Below the pieces are notes generated by a model. The model worked only from the letters and a program-made list of their open reading frames with translations, was not told where the DNA came from and made no database searches. Shown piece after piece: positions 60,878 through 64,000 of a DNA stretch of 64,000 nt. Where the stretch lies: NCBI RefSeq assembly GCF_003334385.1, contig NZ_QOWN01000008.1. One strand, 5' to 3'. The position numbers and the translations under genes are program-made. Origin of the DNA: Escherichia coli. Its GTDB lineage: Bacteria; Pseudomonadota; Gammaproteobacteria; Enterobacterales; Enterobacteriaceae. Position 1 is the stretch's first letter. Every line of letters begins with the position of its first letter.

Positions 60878-61374
60878 TTATACCGCTCCAGCAGTTCAGG
60901 GATCGCTTCCGGGGTCAGATGCGCGTGAGTGTCCTCATCGATCATCATGTTTGGCCCTTTATCACAGTTCCCCAGGCAGCAAGTTGGCAGCAGCGTAAAG
61001 CGGCCATCAAATGTCGTTTGCCCTGGTTTGATGTTCAGCTTTTTCTCGAGCGCCGCCTGAATACCCTGATAACCGTTGATATGACAGACCACGCTGTCAC
61101 AATAACGGATCACATGGCGACCAACCGGCTGGCGGAAGATCTGACTGTAGAACGTTGCCACACCTTCGACGTCGCTTGCCGGAATACCCAGCACATCGGC
61201 GATCGCGTGGATCGCACCATCCGGCACCCAGCCACGCTGCTTCTGAACGATTTTCAGCGCTTCAATGGACGCCGCACGCGGGTCTTCGTAGTGGTGCATC
61301 TCGTGCTCGATCGCTTCACGCTCTGCCGCACTCAGCTCAAAAGCCTCGGTTTGTGGTTGTTGATTCTCGTGCAT
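60874..61374 (-). CDS. nuoE: NADH:quinone oxidoreductase subunit E (2Fe-2S, 166 aa)
   Basis: ORF 60874..61374. Confidence 0.96.
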
Positions 61375-61376
61375 AA

Positions 61377-63167
61377 TTAGCGGTCCACATCTGACATAAC
61401 AAAATCGATACTGCCCAGATAAACAATCAGGTCAGACACCAGGCTGCCGCGGATCGCCGCCGGAATTTGCTGCAAATGCGCAAAGCTCGGGGTACGAACA
61501 CGGGTGCGGTAACTCATGGTGCTGCCGTCGCTGGTCAGGTAGTAACTGTTGATCCCTTTGGTCGCCTCAATCATCTGGAAAGATTCATTGGCAGGCATCA
61601 CCGGACCCCACGACACTTGCAGGAAGTGGGTGATCAGGGTTTCGATATGTTGCAGCGTGCGCTCTTTCGGCGGCGGCGTGGTCAGCGGGTGATCCGCTTT
61701 GAACGGGCCTTCCGGCATGTTGTTGAGGCACTGCTCAAGAATGCGCAGACTCTGGCGCAGCTCTTCCACTTTAAGCATTACGCGGGTGTAGCAGTCAGAA
61801 ACGCCACCACCCACCGGGATTTCAAAGTCGAAGTTTTCATAGCCAGAATAAGGACGCGCCTTACGCACGTCGAAGTCGATCCCGGTAGCACGCAGGCCCG
61901 CGCCAGTGGTGCCCCACTCCAGCGCCTCTTTCGCGCCATAGGCGGCAACGCCCTGGGAACGACCTTTCAGAATGGTGTTTTGCAGCGCCGCTTTCTCGTA
62001 AGACGCCAGACGTTTCGGCATCCAGTCGAGGAACTCACGCAGCAGGCGATCCCAGCCGCGCGGCAGGTCGTGCGCTACGCCGCCAATACGGAACCACGCC
62101 GGGTGCATACGGAAACCAGTGATTGCTTCCACCAGATCGTAAATTTTCTGACGATCGGTAAAGGCGAAGAACACTGGCGTCATTGCGCCGACGTCCTGAA
62201 TAAAGGTCGAGATATACAGCAGGTGACTGTTGATGCGGAACAGTTCGGAGAGCATAACGCGAATGACGTTAACGCGATCCGGCACGGTGATCCCGGCCAG
62301 TTTCTCTACCGCCAGCACGTAAGGCATTTCGTTAACGCAGCCGCCGAGGTATTCGATACGGTCAGTATACGGAATGTAGCTGTGCCAGGACTGGCGTTCG
62401 CCCATTTTCTCCGCACCACGGTGGTGGTAACCGATGTCTGGTACGCAGTCGACAATCTCTTCGCCATCGAGTTGCAAAACGATACGGAAAGCCCCGTGCG
62501 CCGACGGGTGGTTCGGACCGAGGTTGAGGAACATGAAGTCCTCGTTTTCGGTGCCGCGCTTCATCCCCCACTCTTCCGGTTTGAAGGTCAGGGCTTCCAT
62601 CTCCAGATCCTGTTTGGCTTTGGTCAGCTCAAACGGCGAGAATTCGGTAGCGCGCGCCGGATAATCTTTACGCAGCGGGTGACCTTTCCAGGTTTGCGGC
62701 ATCATGATGCGTCGCAGGTTCGGGTGACCGTCGAAAGTAATGCCAAACAGATCCCAGGTTTCACGCTCATACCAGTTAGCGTTCGGGAACAGTTTGGTGA
62801 AGGTCGGTACGTGCAGGTCGTTTTCTGCCAGCGCCACCTTCAGCATGATGTCGCGGTTACGATCGATAGAAATCAGATGGTAGAAAACGGAAAAATCCGC
62901 GGCAGGTAACCCTTCGCGGTGTGTGCGCAGACGTTCGTCCATGCCGTGTAAGTCAAACAGCATGACGTAAGGTTTCGGCAGTTTCTTTAAGAAATCGCCA
63001 ACTTCCAGTAATTGTTCACGCTTGATCCACACAACGGGAACCCCGGTGCGAGTCGCCTGAACAGTAAAGGCATCCGGCCCAAAACGGTTGCGCAGTTCGC
63101 CAATCACCGGATCATCAAGATGATCGCGGGTCTGCCAGGCGGGTTCTTGCGCGGTTAAGTCGGTCAT
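61377..63167 (-). CDS. nuoC: Fused NADH:quinone oxidoreductase subunit C/D (596 aa from 63167; 600 aa from the in-frame ATG at 63179)
   Basis: ORF 61377..63179; fused 30-kDa and 49-kDa subunit homologues as in E. coli. Confidence 0.95.
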
Positions 63168-63272
63168 ATTGTTCACCATTGCAAATGGTCCGTGGTGACT
63201 GTCGGCGCAGTAAGCTTCGCGAAATAGATTTAGGAATAAGCGAAGAAAAATCCCTTTGCCGACAGGCGCAAA

Positions 63273-63935
63273 TTAAATCTCGTCAGGTGTACGCAGGTTA
63301 GTTACGGCAATGCGTTCACCGCGCTTGCGTTCGCGCTCTGATTGCATATTGGCGCGATAAACGCCCTGATCGCCAACCACCCAGGAGAGCGGACGACGTT
63401 CTTTGCCGATAGATTCCTGCAACAGCATCAGTGCCTGCATGTACGCTTCAGGACGCGGCGGGCAGCCCGGGATATACACATCAACCGGGATGAATTTATC
63501 GACGCCCTGCACAACGGAATAAATATCGTACATACCACCAGAGTTGGCACAGGCACCCATTGAGATAACCCATTTTGGTTCCAGCATCTGGTCATACAGA
63601 CGCTGAATAACCGGTGCCATTTTGGTAAAGCAGGTTCCTGCAACCACCATCAGGTCAGCCTGACGCGGCGAAGCACGCAATACTTCTGCGCCAAAACGCG
63701 CCACGTCATGCACCGCGGTAAACGAAGTCACCATCTCAACGTAACAGCAGGAAAGACCGAAGTTATACGGCCAAATTGAGTTTTTACGACCCCAGTTAAC
63801 CATGTCATTGAGCTTGCCCATAAACACGTTTTTGTTAACTTCTTGCTCCAGAGGGTCGGTTACGATCTCCTGCTTTTGCAGGGGGTAACGGTCGTTCTCA
63901 CCGTTGGGATCTATGCGGGTGAGCGTATAATCCAT
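63273..63935 (-). CDS. nuoB: NADH:quinone oxidoreductase subunit B (N2 4Fe-4S cluster, 220 aa)
   Basis: ORF 63273..63935; contains the CCxxE and GxCxxxGG...CPP cluster-binding motifs. Confidence 0.96.
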
Positions 63936-63950
63936 CTTAATGCCTCGCGG

Positions 63951-64000
63951 TTAGCGTTGACGATTAGCGATACTGTTCGTTTCCGGGTTCATACGCTCGC
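63951..64000 (-). CDS. nuoA: NADH:quinone oxidoreductase subunit A, 3' end only (truncated by the window edge)
   Basis: Minus-strand frame ending at stop TAA (complement of 63951-63953) translates to ...ERMNPETNSIANRQR*; position immediately upstream of nuoB fits operon order. Confidence 0.75.
   Translation of the reverse strand, partial: ERMNPETNSIANRQR

Overview
This window reads as a contiguous, well-known stretch of an Escherichia coli K-12-like chromosome, with gene order and protein lengths matching recalled K-12 annotation (identification is from ORF translations and memory; no database search was run). Order: yfaL (3' part, minus) - nrdAB-yfaE - inaA - yfaH remnant - glpTQ (minus) / glpACB (plus) - yfaD(rpnB)-ypaA - rhmRDTA (minus) - yfaY - yfaZ - nudI - ais - arnBCADTEF - pmrD - menFDHBCE (minus) - elaB - elaA - rbn - elaD - yfbK/L/M/N/O/P - nuoN..nuoA (minus, nuoA truncated by the window edge). 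I found no inserted mobile element, CRISPR array, tRNA or rRNA gene, and no convincing evidence of a previously undescribed multi-gene system. The most noteworthy observations are: (1) elaD is broken by two apparent single-A deletions in homopolymer tracts, either a genuine pseudogene or a homopolymer sequencing error; (2) a tandem duplication of the 3' end of yfaD/rpnB produces ypaA, with a conserved internal SD+ATG consistent with an intragenic small-protein module; (3) a poorly characterised islet elaD-yfbKLMNOP, AT-rich by eye, sits between core genes rbn and nuo. Alternative in-frame starts are given where the ORF track and recalled annotation differ.
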